From Octopus sinensis (taxonomy: Eukaryota), in the NCBI RefSeq assembly GCF_006345805.1, contig NC_042998.1:182714001-182778000 (forward strand): DNA of 64,000 nucleotides, written 5' to 3'. Under the pieces are notes generated by a model. It had not been told where the DNA came from, did not search any database, and worked only from the letters and a program-made list of their open reading frames with translations. The stretch's first letter is position 1. Each line of letters begins with the position of its first letter. Shown here piece by piece: positions 25,555 to 38,008 of this stretch. Both the position numbers and the translations under genes were made by a program.

Positions 25555-25768
25555 CTTTCTATTATAGGCACAAGGCCTGAAATTTAGGGGAAGGAGACTA
25601 GTTGATTACATCGACCCCAGTGTTTCACTGGTACTTAATTTATCGACCCCGAAAGGATGAGACGCAAAGTCGACCTCAGTGGAATTTGAACTCAGAACAT
25701 AGCGACAAACAAAATACCATTAAACATTTCGCCTGGTGTGCTAACGATTCTGCCAGCTTATTACCGTA
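25555..25768 (-). mobile_element. SINE family A variant with a 13-bp target-site duplication
   Basis: Flanked on both sides by CAGCTCCATGATC. Confidence 0.8.
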
Positions 25769-26061
25769 AGCAGCTCCATGATCAAAGATAGTCTGTCTGT
25801 GACCGTTTCATTTATTTTTAGATGCAAAGTATTTGAGACTTAGTTATCTAATGTACCATTCATTTCAAAAACAAAGTGAGCTATGAGACAGGTTTGGTTG
25901 CTATATCTAGCAGGTTTAACAATTGCTTAGAGTCATCTTCATCAATTCCTTGGGGACTTATTAATGTATTTGAGAAGTACTCATAGTTACATACACTTCA
26001 TTTCATCTGCAATGCATACCTCAGTTCACCTGTATTCTATCAAGGGACCAAACTAATCTCA

Positions 26062-26260
26062 CTGATACTTCACGCTCAGAGTTGCTGAAGCATGGAATAA
26101 ACTGCCTGCGTCAGTTGTTGACTGCCATGACACTGCATCTTTTAAGGCCCTCATGCTTTCCGAAATCCGCCGAAACTACACCTGATTATATATACACTTT
26201 AGATGAGTTGTAGTGCACCTGAGCACTGTACACAATTATTATTATTATTATTATTATTAT
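26062..26260 (+). mobile_element. CR1 LINE 3' tip
   Basis: YFTLRVAEAWNKLPASVV peptide, GTGCACCTGAGCACTGTA end and (ATT)n tail. Confidence 0.85.
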
Positions 26261-26884
26261 ACCAAAGTTAAGCACTAACTTTTAACCCTAAAACACTTAA
26301 ATTATTAACCCACAGAAAACAAAATTTTTCAGTTTTCTTTAGCATTTTTAACTGTAAGAAGCATGTTTGATGTTAAATTAAAATCTATTTGCACACACAT
26401 AGCTCATCCACATCTACATATACACATGCGTACATTTCTAACAATTATAGGCACTATTTTGCACCCTCATTTATTAATTTTATCTTTTTGGTTTTAATTG
26501 CTATACCCACCTATATTACAATGTATTTAATATATCTTAATACATTACTATATTATCTTAGTATCTTATTGCCTCCGCCAAGGAAGGAGGTTATGTTTTC
26601 ATTGGCGTTGGTTTGTCCGTCTGTGTGAAAAATAAAAGGATTTTTTTTCTTAAAATCATATGGGTGTGTTATTTTTTTTTACCCCTACAAAGGAGGTTAT
26701 GTTTTTGGCAGCATTGTGTGTATATGGGTGGAAATGAGCAGCTTGGCAGAGGTCTGTGCTATCCTAGTGCTTTTCTAGTTGTATGTTACTATACACTTTA
26801 ACCGTTTTGAATTTTAGCACTCGCTTTTCAATGATATTTTTCTCATGAATGAATGGGAGGCAGGCTATCTCTTGTAACCCAGAG

Positions 26885-27045
26885 TAATTGTGGCTGTGTG
26901 GTAAGTAGCTTGCTTACCAACCACATGGTTTTGGGTTCAGTCCCACTGCGTGGCATCTTGGGAAAGTGTCTTCTGTTATAGCCTCGGGCCGACCAATGCC
27001 TTGTGAGTGGATTTGGTAGACAGAAACTGAAAGAAGCCTGTCGTA

Positions 27046-27110
<65 letters not shown>

Positions 27111-27316
27111 GTGTGTATATGTTTGTGTGTCTGTGTTTGTCCCTCTAGCATTGTTTGACAACTGATGCTGGTGTGTTTACGTCCCCGTCAACTAGCGGTT
27201 CGGCAAAAGAGACCGATAGAATAAGTATTGGGCTTACAAAGAATAAGTCCCGGGGCCGATTCCCGGCGGTGCTCCAGCATGGCCGCAGTCAAATGACTGA
27301 AACAAATAAAAGAGAG
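26885..27316 (+). mobile_element. SINE family B
   Basis: Complete head, (TA)n tract and tail. Confidence 0.88.
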
Positions 27317-27334
27317 TATATATATATATGTACT

Positions 27335-27686
27335 TACTTGTACTTGTGGCGACGGCAGATTGAGTTGGCTTCTTCTACCACCCTCGAGGCAGAAGAAGTT
27401 TCATGGGAATATGTGGATTTCACAAGCGGTCCCCAACAATCCCGCATGTAGAGACATCTTGTTTGCCGCAGGTTGTCCGCAGATGCAGGGACAGATCGAA
27501 ACAGACACTCCGAGGATTTTCACCAGAGCCCCATCTGCCGGGTTGTGACCCTAATACCACTTGGTGTCAGACCAATCCGCCTTGGGTGGCCCTACCAGGA
27601 ACTGAAGTTCCCGACGGCATAGCTCTGACACTACCCGTTGCCAGTGTCCCCACCACAGTGAGGAGGGGATGGACTTTGGGGACGCA
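27335..27686 (-). mobile_element. Short RTE-derived non-autonomous element (RTE-type 5' UTR plus tandem-repeat tail)
   Basis: Minus strand GTGGTGGGG...AGAGCTATGCCGTCGGGAACTTCAGTTCCTGGTAGGGCCACCCAAGGCGGATTGGTC matches the RTE/Expander 5' UTR motif as I recall it; ends in CAAGTACAAGTAAGTA. Confidence 0.7.
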
Positions 27687-28862
27687 TACATATATGTATG
27701 TATATATCTATATCTACATATATATCACCATCATATCATCAACATCATCATCATCATGTGGCTAGGAAGCAAACCTTTGTATCAATACATCTATGTCTGT
27801 GCTTACCCACACTCATACACACATATACTTTGAGAGTAAAAACTTAGAATTTATCAATTCCTTTTGCAGCATCAACCTTAAGAAGTCTGCAGGTGAACAT
27901 GATGTAGGCATTAGTGTCAACAATTCTAATAAATGTACTCATAGTTGTCAGTTTATATCTATCCACCAACTAATGTTGGTAACCAACAATGACATAAATT
28001 ATGGGTTTCTTCTGATGATTTGGCATATAAGGTAATTATGCAACCATCTCTATAACAATTACAGCATTGCATACAAATATACCCTAGTTGAAACATGTGT
28101 AAAGATTATGTAATTCATGATGCAATAATCAAAAAATTTGCAATTGAATCTCCATTTTTATTCTGACTTGCTTATACATGCTGTAATCTATTCTAGTCTA
28201 TATAATACCAAAGGAAAGTTTGTTTAAAACCTAACCGGAAGTTGAACATTCATATTTCCATTTACATAGAATTTTAAACAAAGGTTGGCTGTTTTGTCTT
28301 AATCAAAATAGCAACTTTTCAGTACACACACACACACACACACACGCACACACACATTTCACTAACGATTTTCTTGGATATCTAGCTACTTATGAAGGAC
28401 TACCATAGACTAACTTCCTGCTATCAGCTTAATTATATTTGGAGCCATAATTGTATAACTTATTTATAAATACTTTGATGCCATAAAAAAAAAACTGCTT
28501 CTCTATCTTTATTTTATCTTTATTTTCATTAATTTCATTAGCTCAACCAGTGCATTTTCTGTAGCCAGTTCTGGCTTAGCTAGATTACATCTCTCATGAT
28601 TAGGACATTAGATTTTAGAAATTTGATCTGGTTTCAGCAGCAATCTGGTCTCTATGCTTCTGGCATATTCTTACCCATTATATACATGCTCAGACACTGA
28701 ATGCACTCACACATATACTGCTTGTGTGGTTGGAAGTTTGCTTCCCACTCACATTGTCTTGGAGTCAGTCCCACTGCGAAGCAACTTTGGCAGGTCACTT
28801 CATCTATTTATCTATAGCAGTGGACCAACCAAAGCCTCATGTGTTGATTTGGTAGATATGTA

Positions 28863-28897
<35 letters not shown>

Positions 28898-28930
28898 GTG
28901 TGTGTGTGTATACATACATACATACATACA

Positions 28931-28964
<34 letters not shown>

Positions 28965-29023
28965 CATACATACATGCATGCATACATGCATGCATGTATG
29001 CATGTATGTATGTATGTATGTAT

Positions 29024-29216
29024 GTCATTATTCAGTTTATTTCAAGAATTCTTGCCAATAGAGAAAGAACCAGTTTCTAACCTAGATCCAAGGTTCCTTC
29101 ATTGGAATTTCAACATCAACAACAGGGTATTTTTGTTTGTGTGTATGTATGTATGTATGTATGTATGTATGTATGTATGTATGTATGTATGTATGTATGT
29201 ATGTATGTATGTATGT

Positions 29217-29256
<40 letters not shown>

Positions 29257-29364
29257 ATGTCATTATTCAGTTTATTTCAAGATTTTTTGCCAATAGAGAA
29301 AGAGTTGGTTTCTAACCTAAATCCAAGGCTTCTTCATTGGAATTTCAACATCAACAACAGGGTA
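29024..29364 (-). repeat. Two tandem 106-bp units (period 235 bp), each with AATAAA and an (ATAC)n tail on the minus strand; probable LINE 3' tips
   Basis: 29024-29129 and 29259-29364 are near-identical; the minus strand ends GAAATAAACTGAATAATGAC(ATAC)n. Confidence 0.7.
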
Positions 29365-29580
29365 GAAAATCTGAGGCAACAAAATTCACCTGACAAATGC
29401 AAGCATAGAGTACTGGACATTAAACAACGATGGTGATGAATACACACATACAAATATATACATGCATACATACATATATATGTACATACATATATACATA
29501 TATGTACATACATACATACATACATACATACATACATGCATGTATTTATATGTACATACATATATTCATACATATGACTC

Positions 29581-29673
29581 CCTTTCTTTCCTGATGAGAA
29601 GATTGCATCTTACACCATTTATTCCTTTGGAATAAAACCATGTTGTCTTCGAAACATATGTCGAGAGTAAAGG
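29581..29673 (+). ncRNA. Type-I hammerhead ribozyme with canonical core and extended stem II
   Basis: Stem I CCTTTCTTTC/GAGAG(T)AAAGG, CTGATGA, stem II GAAGA...TCTTC, GAAA, C-ATAT-G, GUC cleavage triplet (cut after 29662). Confidence 0.8.
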
Positions 29674-29719
29674 AATTTTGTTAACATCTTCGTTCAACTC
29701 CATTTATTTATTTATTCAT

Positions 29720-30400
29720 ATATTCATACCTATATATATGCTGATGCCATGTACAAAGCATCCAATCCACACTGTAAAGTGGTTGATGTTTGGAAGGGCA
29801 TCCAGCTGTAAAAACCATGCCAAAACCAACCTCATCTGTGCTTGTGCCATGTAAAAAGCACTCAGTCCACTCTGCTGAGTGGTTGATGTTAGGTAGGGCA
29901 TCCAGCCATAAAAAAAAACATGCTAAAACAGACACAGCAGTCTGGTGCAGGTCCTTGCCTGGCTGGCTCCTGTCAAACCGTCTAACCCATGCCAGCATGG
30001 AAGGAAGGTAGACGTTAAATGATGATGACGATGGTTATGATGACGACGACGACGACGATGATGATGATGATGATGATGACGATGATGATGATGATCATGA
30101 TATATATTTGTCGCCTTACTGGCACATGTAAAAACATTCGAGCAAGGTGGTTGCCAGTATTGCCTGACTGGCCCCCGTGCTGGTAGCATGTAAAAGCACC
30201 CACTACACTCTCGGAGTGGTTGGCATTAGGAAGGGCATCCAGCTGTAGAAACTCTGCCAGGTCAAGATTGGAACCTGGTGCAGCCATCCTGTTCGCCAGC
30301 CCTCAGTCGAATTGTCCAACCCATGCTAGCATGGAAAGCGGACGTTAAACGATGATGATGACGATGATGATGACGATGATGATAATGATGATGATGATGT
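29720..30400 (+). mobile_element. Two tandem SINE family C copies with (GAT/GAC)n tails
   Basis: About 29720-30100 (with an internal duplication) and about 30110-30400. Confidence 0.82.
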
Positions 30401-30859
30401 ATATACATAAACATAAAACGTGCATGTTTATGCACTGGTACTCATACATAATGATATTATCGTGATACTGAAATCCAGTACAAGCTAAAGACTGAAGATA
30501 AATGTGGGAAGGAATAATATATAAACTTACATAGGAAACATATTGCTCTCACACATGCTATATCCAATTTCTTACGCATCTGAATTCAGCAGTATTTTAT
30601 GCTTGCCTATCTTTTACTGACAAATGCCAAGAAATACAAAAAAATGACTATATATGTATGTGCGTGTATATGCATGTGTGTGTGTGTGTGTGTGTGTTTG
30701 TGTGTGTATGCAGACATGTGTGTGTTGTGTTGTGTGTTTGTGTGTTTGTGTGTGTGTATGTGTAGGCATATATATTTGAGACTTGAGCCTCCAGGGAGAG
30801 ATCTAAATACACGGATGCCGTCTTACAGACCCAACCAACACCAAAATTGTCAATTTTGA

Positions 30860-31290
30860 TATTGATGATGATTGAATGATAATGACACAGCTGCTGCTGC
30901 TGCTGCTGCTACTGATGATGATGATGATGATGATGAGGGTTATGACGATGACTATGATTATGATTATGATTATGATGATGATGATGATGATGATGAGGAT
31001 GGTGGTGGTGATGGTGGTGGTGGTGGTTGTGGTGATGATGATGATGATGATGAGGGTGATGATGAGGGTGATGATGATGATGACGATGATGCTAATGATG
31101 ATGATGATGATGATGATAACAGTAGTGGCAGCAGAGGTGGTGGTGATAGTGCTGGTGATGATGGTGTTGGTGATGATGCTAGTGATGCTGGTAGTGGTGG
31201 TAGTGGTGGTGGTGGTGGTGGTGTGATGATGATGATGACAATGATGCTACCAACCAATGACAATGATGATGAGAGCGATGATGATACACA
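30860..31290. repeat. Compound (GAT)n/(GGT)n/(GCT)n microsatellite
   Basis: Directly visible trinucleotide mosaic. Confidence 0.92.
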
Positions 31291-31929
31291 TGCAACGCAT
31301 ATTGAGAAATGGAAATGGAAATGGAAATGAAAATGCATATTTTAACATCTTTATAAAAATACATTAGTTCGTGCAGATGGGAATATATCATCAGCTTGAA
31401 TTCTGAGAAGTTTGCTGAAAGAAAATACACGGAGCTGTTTCTCATGAAACAAGAAACAGACTGGGTATTATAATCAAATGATTCACTTGATGAAGTTATA
31501 ATTAATACTGTAAAAGTACATATGTATGTAAAAGCAGAACAAAACAACTGGTTGAACAATCATATTCTTGAAGCTTGTAATGCTTATTACAAAATACTCA
31601 GAGAATTATTATACTTCAGTAAACAGCCAATATGAAAGGAATGGAAGTTGTGTTTGTTCTGTTATAGTTCTAGAGTTATATGAACATTTCAGCAGATTAC
31701 TTATGGCTATGAGTTTGAAGCAGAACACTGTAAGCTGTTAAGCTATTCAATATAAATCATTCATTGCACTGGCAATAAGAAGGTGAACTTACTAACGTAG
31801 TAATCAGCACTTGTTTTACAGCTCAAATATTTAGGAAACCAGCTTTCTATATTGAAACTTTTTTTTTTTTACCTCATAGGATACACTACAGGAAGCCTAA
31901 GGATAATAATAATAATAATAATGAAATTA

Positions 31930-33113
31930 TTGTATACAGTGCTCAGGTGCACCACAACTTTTCGAAAGTGTGTATAAAGCATATGCAGTAATGTACAAAT
32001 GTCTGGAAAGCGAGAAGTGTATGAGTCAGATACATGCTTGCGTGTGTATGGAGGGGAGAATCTCAGGAAGCATGGAAGCTTTGAAGGATGCAGTGCTCCG
32101 ACAACTAACAACTGATACCGGCAGTTTGTTCCATGCTTCAGCAACTCTTGGCGTGAAAAAATGTTTTAGAAAGTCATGAGAGCTGTGCTGTTTTCTGACT
32201 TTGTAAACATGTCCACGGGTGTTAGACAGGTGGAGTTTGAAAAGGTGCTCAAAGTTATTGTTAGTATGATGGTTAATAATTTTATGGGTGTCTGCCAAGT
32301 CAGCTGCCAGACGTCAGAGTTTCAATGTATCCATGCTCAGGGAAGTAAGGCATTCAGAATATGGCAAATACCTGAGGGAGGGTGTTTCTTGGTTGCACGT
32401 CACTGAACGGTTTCCAGATGATTAAAATCCTGGGCATGATAGGGGTTCCAGACCGGTGATGCAAATCCCAGGTGAAGCCACACCATAGCTATATAAAGCC
32501 TCAGATAGATAGCCAGAGAGTGGCTCACAAAGGACTTGGTAAGTGATGCCAAGACACCCTCAGCCTTCTTGGCAATTTAGCAATGTGTTTTGTCCAACGC
32601 AAATTGCTGTCGACAATAATGCCCAGGTCACATTCACAAGAAGACTTTTTGAGATTAGTGTTGTGGAGGGAGTAGGTGGACACTGGGATTTTCCTTCCAA
32701 AATACATGGTGGTACATTTGTCCACAGCCAGTTTGAGTTACCAGTCCATGATCCATTGCTGCATTGTGTCCAGGTCTGATTGCAATAAAGATCTATAGTG
32801 TACAGGATCTGTCCTCTTTATTTCGAGGTACAGCTTGATGTCATCTGCATATTTCAACACTGTGGCATTCTTTAAGTTGGCATCTATGTCGTTAACATAT
32901 GCAACAAATAAAAGGGGGCCAAGAACAGATCCCTGTGGTACAACAGATGTCATCTCATAGGGTGAAGAGTGCTGTCCTAGAACTATGACAGCCCCTTTTT
33001 GGCTGATAATGAAGGACTTCCACCAGTTATAGAGATCATCTCTTACACCCATTGCAGAGAGTTTCACCATAAGTCTTTTGTGTGGCACAGAATTAAAAGC
33101 CTTAGCAAAGATG
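31930..33113 (-). mobile_element. CR1-clade LINE, 5'-truncated RT and 3' end
   Basis: FAKAFNSVPHKRL, VPQGSVLGPLLFVAYVND, KYADDIKLY, CDLGIIVDSNLRWTKHI and HFFTPRVAEAWNKLP; (ATT)n-type tail. Confidence 0.92.
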
Positions 33114-34308
33114 TCATGAGAGTGCTATTTTTTTTTACCTTTTCTTGGACCAATGAGAGGGCTTCTGTATGAGTTATGCTTCTTGTCAATTAACATTAAC
33201 CCAGAGCTCCTTCAACAGAACTCCAATTTTGGTTGTTTGAATTACATGCCAAATAATACAACCAAAACAGTGCATCAAAGCTTAGCATTCAGATTACACT
33301 GTCTAATTTAATGCTTAATTATTCACATTGTTTTCAATTAATTATGCATTATTTCATAGCTTTGAGATTATGATGTGATTGTTTACTTTTCGAATGACGT
33401 TGTAGGTGTGAGGGTCTGGATCTAACCAGTTCTAACATAAAACAAGTAGAATATTGGAACAAGATATGGCTGGTTCAAATGCTAAAATGTTAAAATATAT
33501 GAATATACTTCAAATAAATTTAATGTCTAACTGTAAAATATAATATATTTGGAGTCACAAATCCAATATTTTTCTATTTCAGCAAAATTAAATATATTTT
33601 CAACAAAATAACATGTTATAAATATACCTAGCTATTTGATAATCATGGCCTCGTATGAAATGATAGCTAACTAAAATTTGGTTAGTATGTATAACTTGAA
33701 TAAAATTTGTTTATCTGCATCTCTACATGACTTTTGGCAAGTAATGTGTGATGGTTACACATCCATCTTACAACAAGGTTAAAATCTCTTGTAACTAGTT
33801 AAGCTTGCCAAAAAATATTTGTACTTATTATATATAACAATATTATTAATTTGAAAAAATTTGTTATTTGCAAAAAAACAGCAATGAAAAAGGAAGTCTG
33901 TGAATGTTGATACTTTATATTTTGGCATGAAATTCAAACCCAGAAAGTAATAAATCCATCCAAAATAGGAGTTCTGTCATTAAGTATAATGGCATAGATT
34001 ATTATCAAATTTAAATTTTATATTTAGTATGTATGGGTGTATACATTATAAGTAGTGAGTGATGACCATTTTAACAAATTTGGTACAAGACCAAAATGTC
34101 AATATTCACAGACTAGTAATTAACAAGTAATTTTATGAATTATCAATAAATTGCTTGAGTCTTGCTAATGAAAAGTTAATGAGCTGAACAGGAGATTCAA
34201 AGTTTAAGATTTAAAGTTCTGCAACAAGCATTATATCAAAAGCATTGCATTAAAGATTTCAACAGAAGCATCAACTTCCAAGTAGATTTCTCCAAGTTTA
34301 TATAATAA

Positions 34309-34393
34309 TGTGTGTGTGTGTGTGTGTATCTATAAATAAATAAATAAATATATATATATATATATATATATATTTATTTATTTATTTATAGAT

Positions 34394-34412
<19 letters not shown>
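34309..34412. repeat. Perfect microsatellite palindrome (TG)n-TATCTA-(TAAA)n-(TA)n-(TTTA)n-TAGATA-(CA)n
   Basis: Exact reverse-complement symmetry about the central (TA)n. Confidence 0.92.
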
Positions 34413-34432
<20 letters not shown>

Positions 34433-34702
34433 ATATATATATATATATATCATCATCATCATCATCATCATTATCATCATCATCATTTAACGTCCGTTTT
34501 CAGTGTTATATAAGAAATTGAAATGACAAAGGAATACATGATTATCTTATAAAGTTAATAAGACAAGTATTTATTCCTTTATCATCTCAATTTCTTATTA
34601 CTGTTCTGTATTTGTCTGACATTTCATTCAGAAGCATTTGTATACTGAGTTCTAACATCAGGTTATTAGTATCACAGTACCTAAGTGTAATATTGATACA
34701 TA

Positions 34703-35954
34703 TCAGGTCATCCCATAAGTTCTGTCCGATTTTACCTTTTTTAAAATTGAATGAAATTTAATAGTATTTTAGAATGTCTAATGGAATTAAAAAATTATTT
34801 TTATGCATTTGTGTACATTTAAACTAATTAAATATTTTTTTACAGAATAATAGAATTAAAATTTCTTTGATTAAAACCCTTTCAAACATGGAAGTATCCA
34901 AAGAGCATTTGAGGCACATAATGCTTTATGAGTACAAAAAAGAAACTCTGCAGCCGAAGCAACTCAAAACATACACTCAGTTTATGGGAAAGAATGCTTG
35001 AATGAAAGAACTTGCAGAAGATGGTTTGCAAAATTCAGAAGTGGAGATTTCAGCCTTGAAGATGAAGATCGAACAGGACATCCAGTTGAGTTTGATAAGC
35101 TCCTTGAGGCATTATCAGTTGAAGAATTGGCAATAAAGCTTAGTTCAAACCATACAACTGTTCATCGTCATCCTCAACATCTTGGAAAGGTTCATAAACT
35201 TGGAAAATGGGTGCCTCGTGAATTGTCCGAAAGCAACTACAAATCCCAAGTTGACAGCTGCTCTTCTCTCCATTCTCGTGAACTCATTTCACTCTTTTTG
35301 AAAAGATTTGTGACTGGTGATGAAAAATCTTCTATTGAAATGTTAAACGTCATAAACAGTGGCTTGGTAAAAGGGAAAAAGCTCAACTACAACCGAGAAG
35401 GGAACTTCATGGGAAAAAGATTCTTCTCTCTATCTAGTGAGATTGCAAAGGAGTAATTCACTTTGAATTGCTACCACCTAATGCAACAATCAATACTCAA
35501 GCCTACTGTCAGCGATTAGAGCATTTGAACCAAGCTTTGAAGAAAAAAAGACCTGCTTTAGTGAATGGAATGTTTCATCAGGACAATGCATGACCCCACA
35601 CTGCAAAAATCGCATCACAGAAGATCGAAGAGCTTGGTTGGGAAAAAAAGTCCTCATCCACCTTATTGTTCTGACCTTGCTCCTTCAGACTACCTTTTGT
35701 TTTGTAGTTAACAGAATCATTTGGGGGACATAACTTTCGCAAGCCAAGAGGAGGTAAAAACTGACATTTCAGAGTTCTTCGCTCTGAAACCAAAAGAGTT
35801 TTACATTGATGGGATTAAAAAGCTTGTAAATAGATGGAAGGAAGTCATAGATAATCAGGGAAAGAACATTGATGATTAAATTTCAATTAAATATAACATT
35901 TGATCACTTGTTTTCTTTATTCAAAATTCAGACAGAACTTAAGGGATGACCTGA
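34703..35954 (+). mobile_element. mariner transposon, full length, decayed transposase
   Basis: TIRs TCAGGTCATCCCATAAGTTCTGTC / GACAGAACTTAAGGGATGACCTGA with TA on both sides; MEVSKEHLRHIMLYEY, RRWFAKFRSGDFSLED, WVPREL, VTGDEK, HQDNA and SDLAPSDY motifs with frameshifts and stops. Confidence 0.95.
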
Positions 35955-36429
35955 TATATGTATATATATATCTTTATTTTTTTTATCTTTTCAGCCATTC
36001 AATTGTGGCCATGCTGAGGTACTGTCTTGAAGGCTTTTAGTCAAACAAATCAACTCTAGTATTTATTTTTTTAAAGACTGGTACTTATTCTATTGCTCTG
36101 TTATACTGAACTACTAAGCTACAGGAATGTAAATAAACCAACATCAGTTTGTCAAGCAGTGATGGGGAATAAACACAATCGCAAACACAAACATAAACAC
36201 ACACACACATATGGGTGAAATAAGCATCAGAGATGCTTTACCCCATACAGGAACCGCAGGAGCTACTCAGAGGTTTTGCAAGCTCTTCTAAATCCATTGC
36301 AATGGTAAAACCCTTCTGTATCATCAGCAGATATCTGACAGTCACAAGCATTTCTCTTCTAAGCCTGTACACATTGCCTGAGCAGTGCAACAAGGACTGA
36401 ACTAGTCTTCACCTATGAAAGGGTTCCAT

Positions 36430-36716
36430 TAATGGTCTCTTAACAACCATAGCTACCTTGAGCTAGTTTCAGCTACTGTACCTATCTCCTTCATGGATTC
36501 TTCAACTGTCTGGGTTCCAGACCTATTTTCTGCAGAAAATAGCATAATAATCTTGCTGGAAATCCATGGCCTGACTTCAATGGGGAATGAGGCCACATAC
36601 CATCCTTTGACAAGGACCTCATCAACTAAGTCCTGATATTTCGTTTTCTTTATCTGGTGGGATATTTCAAGTCTGTACCCCAACAATAGGTTTCCTTCAG
36701 TTTCTATCAAATCCAC
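36430..36716 (-). mobile_element. Restriction-like endonuclease (REL) fragment of an R2-superfamily (HERO-like) non-LTR element
   Basis: ISHQIKKTKYQDLVDEVLVKGWYVASFPIEV...MKEIGTVAETSSR resembles the K..KY..L...GW....PVEVG REL C-terminus. Confidence 0.65.
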
Positions 36717-37336
36717 TCACAGGGCTTTGATCAACCCAGGGCTGTTGTAGAAGATAGTTACTCAAGGTGCCACACAGTGGGACTGAATCCAGAACCATGT
36801 GGTTACTATACAGCTACACTAACACCTATATATACATATATGGAGGATTTGACAAGCTGTGAAGGGTCCAAGGGTTACATCATATGTCAGTATCTGCTTT
36901 AGCATGGTTTTGACAGCAGGATGCTCTTCCTAACACTAAACCCTTTATAGTGTGTACTGGGTGGTTTTCCCATGTCACTGGCACTATGGAAGTAAACATG
37001 CAGTTTGCAAGCCTACAAAATCCGAGGGGAGGGGTTTTATGGTAGCAGATGTGGTATGATAGAAGAGGGTGGAGTAGAGCAGGCTCTTGTAGGGGAACCA
37101 CATGGGTACTTGGATTTAGGAGGGAGTTAAATAATCAATTAGTGGTAGCTGCTAAGAGATAACTAGTGGTGATGAGGTGTCCAGGTGACACCTCAAGGTA
37201 CAAGGTGACAAAGGTGCAAGGAAAGGGTGGAGATTTGCAAGAGTATATGGAAGGGTCAGGGAGTAGGCAACACCTATAACGATTGAATAGGGTTGAAGGG
37301 AGTAGATAGTGTAGACGGAGTCAGAAAGAAGCCCAT

Positions 37337-37381
<45 letters not shown>

Positions 37382-37851
37382 ATGTGTATGTTTGCATGTA
37401 CCTTTGTCAAGACAATCTGTGGTGATTGTAAATGAGCATCATTGTCATACAGGTGAGGTTTTTTTGTTTCCAGTCTTTGATGTAAAACATGTCTAGCAAT
37501 GGAAAAATATTCTCCTCCTTGGAAATTGGGTGAATGTTGTTGACAGGATGGGTATCTATCCACTGAAAATCTGTCTAAACAAATTTGGTCTGGCCTATGC
37601 AAGCATGGAAAAGTTGGCATTAAATAATGATAATGATAATACTATAGAAAATTGACATATGTGTGTATGTATGCATGTGTACATACGTACATGCATGCAT
37701 ACATACATACATACATACATATGTACATGCATGCATGCATAGGTACACACACACACACTGACCCACACACATGTGCACAAACAAACAAAAAGGAGCACAG
37801 TGTAAATAACGGACAGAGTCAAGACTATTGAAAAGGTTGCAAGACGCAACG

Positions 37852-38008
37852 AAAATTTTAGGAAAATATAAATAAGAAATAAGTGGAGATTTTACCGGTG
37901 AGTGTGTTACATTATAAGGCACAAGAAGAAAATGACTCTCTCCAGACACAACAGAATATGCTTCAACACACGGACTCAAATAAAGAATCTTGCAAACCAA
38001 ATCCAAAA
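37852..38008. repeat. Single-arm copy of the 15.7-kb element terminus
   Basis: Reverse-complement homolog of about 15668-15826 (TTTTACCGGTGAGTGTGTTACATTATAAGGCACAA...GAATCTTGCAAACCAAATCC). Confidence 0.85.

Noticed and set aside
30872-31330. 152-aa acidic Asp/Gly-rich ORF
   Set aside because: Entirely a compound trinucleotide microsatellite, open in several frames, with no splice or domain evidence.
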